DNA of 64,000 nucleotides from Strigamia acuminata (Eukaryota): NCBI GenBank assembly GCA_949358305.1, contig OX442314.1, positions 9,424,001 to 9,488,000 of the forward strand, read 5' to 3'. Shown piece by piece: positions 62,856 to 64,000 of this stretch (position 1 is its first letter; each line of letters starts with the position of its first letter). The notes under the pieces were generated by a model. It saw only the letters and a program-made list of their open reading frames with translations, ran no database searches and was not told where the DNA came from. The position numbers and the translations under genes were made by a program.

Positions 62856-64000
62856 CGGTTTTTGACTTTTCGCGGATCTCCAACACTCTATTCTGTATGA
62901 ATGTCGGCGGCCTTTTAGCTGTGTTGCGGATCCAATGTATGCATATTTGGGAGTCGGTCCAGTAATGTATTTCACAGCATCTCGTCACCTCTTTAATTTG
63001 GTCGGCCATGCGGACTGCCACCAAGGCCCCCATCAGTTCCAATTTTGGCAACGTTAACGCTTTGACTGGAGCCACCCTACATTTAGAAAAAATAAAAAAC
63101 GAATTGATTAAATCTTCCGTGGTGTCTTGAATGTAGGCGACAGCGCCGTACGCCTTGGGGCTTGCATCGGAAAAAATATGGATCTCGCAGTTCATTTCAT
63201 TCTTCACTCCCAGCCATTTTGGAATTTGAAATTCGCTCAGTTTTGGAATTTGAAATTCGCTCAGTTTTGGAATTTGTTCTGCCCATTTAATCCAGTTGAG
63301 TCTAAGAGCTTCATCCAATATTTCATCCCATTCCAATTTTCTTAGCCAAAGTGATTGGAAAAATATCCTGGCGGTGACGGTGAATGGTGTGACGAATCCG
63401 AGTGGGTCGAATATCTGGGCGGAAATTTGGACTACTTCTCTTTTCGTCACTGTTTTACTGTCTACGCTCGATATGTTTTCTATTTGTAGACTTAGTTTGT
63501 CCGAAGTCGGGTCCCATTTCAGTCCCAGCACTTTGGATTCCTCATTTGACGTCACCTTTGCATCCGCAGGATCTTCCTTTCTGAATATTTTGCGCAGTTC
63601 AGGAGAATTAGTCTGCCATTTTACTAGTTGCATGCCGGCTGATGAGAGCATTTCGCGAGCTTGTTCGAATGTTTTCACTGCCTGGTCAATGTCATCCACT
63701 GATGTAATCAGGTCGTCCACGTACAGAAATCGACTGAGTAGTTCATACGTGGCAGGATATTTGTCTTTGTAGATCTTGATGTGGCGTTTGATGGTCGCGT
63801 TCAATAGGAAGGGGCTAGGTGTAGCGCCGAAGAGAACACGCGTTTGGCGTAAAATTCGAATTTTGGCTCGTCCTGTTCCGTCCCAGTCTGCGCAAACCCA
63901 TAGAAAACGTGTCACGTCTCGATCTTTGACTTCAATTTCGATCATGTGGAACGCCTTGCGAATATCCGATGTCTCAGCGATTTTTCGTAGTCTAAATTTC
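62818..64000 (-). CDS. pol: Bel/Pao pol: reverse transcriptase and RNase H (Pao peptidase A17 region); 5'-truncated by the window edge
   Basis: RVLFGATPSPFLL, LYVDDLI, KVLGLKWD, IFDPLGFVTPF, HIFSDASPKAYGAVAY, TLPKLELMGA, WTDSQI. Frameshift near 62855 before HVPGTDNPADRLTRG. Confidence 0.92.
   Translation of the reverse strand, partial: KFRLRKIAETSDIRKAFHMIEIEVKDRDVTRFLWVCADWDGTGRAKIRILRQTRVLFGATPSPFLLNATIKRHIKIYKDKYPATYELLSRFLYVDDLITSVDDIDQAVKTFEQAREMLSSAGMQLVKWQTNSPELRKIFRKEDPADAKVTSNEESKVLGLKWDPTSDKLSLQIENISSVDSKTVTKREVVQISAQIFDPLGFVTPFTVTARIFFQSLWLRKLEWDEILDEALRLNWIKWAEQIPKLSEFQIPKLSEFQIPKWLGVKNEMNCEIHIFSDASPKAYGAVAYIQDTTEDLINSFFIFSKCRVAPVKALTLPKLELMGALVAVRMADQIKEVTRCCEIHYWTDSQICIHWIRNTAKRPPTFIQNRVLEIREKSKTDTYRAQTILLTV

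Larger units (their letters stand above)
60594..64000 (-). mobile_element. Bel/Pao LTR retrotransposon (3' part; continues beyond the window)
   Basis: RT, RNase H and integrase ORFs. Putative 3' LTR ~60594-61158 directly after the ORF end and purine tract, containing a 20-bp tandem array (~60955-61120). The left LTR boundary is inferred from loss of homology to unit 3. Confidence 0.93.

Overview
AT-rich eukaryotic (invertebrate, probably arthropod-like) genomic DNA with spliceosomal introns; no prokaryotic operons, rRNA, intact tRNA or CRISPR arrays. Most ORFs in the track are artefacts of tandem repeats. The window has two compartments. (1) About 1-50 kb is a largely non-coding landscape built from a recurring module: short-unit satellite (mostly 20-21 or 31 bp), then a C/A-rich flank, a CpG- and motif-rich island, a G/T-rich flank and the next satellite. 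It is sprinkled with MITEs (Tigger/pogo-, hAT- and P-like) and holds a young non-autonomous Gypsy LTR element. It also contains one candidate two-exon gene for an unrecognised 125-aa protein (37777-40009), embedded in six perfect CRE palindromes. (2) About 51-64 kb is a tandemly duplicated cluster of small secreted 8-cysteine peptide genes with a CS-alpha-beta (defensin / short scorpion toxin) spacing plus an extra C-terminal Cys pair. Two copies are intact, one is disrupted by a solo LTR carrying a nested hAT MITE, and a fourth unit is cut in its upstream region by a Bel/Pao retrotransposon. Degenerate Copia fragments were co-duplicated with the units. All calls were made by eye; satellite boundaries are approximate and no database searches were run.
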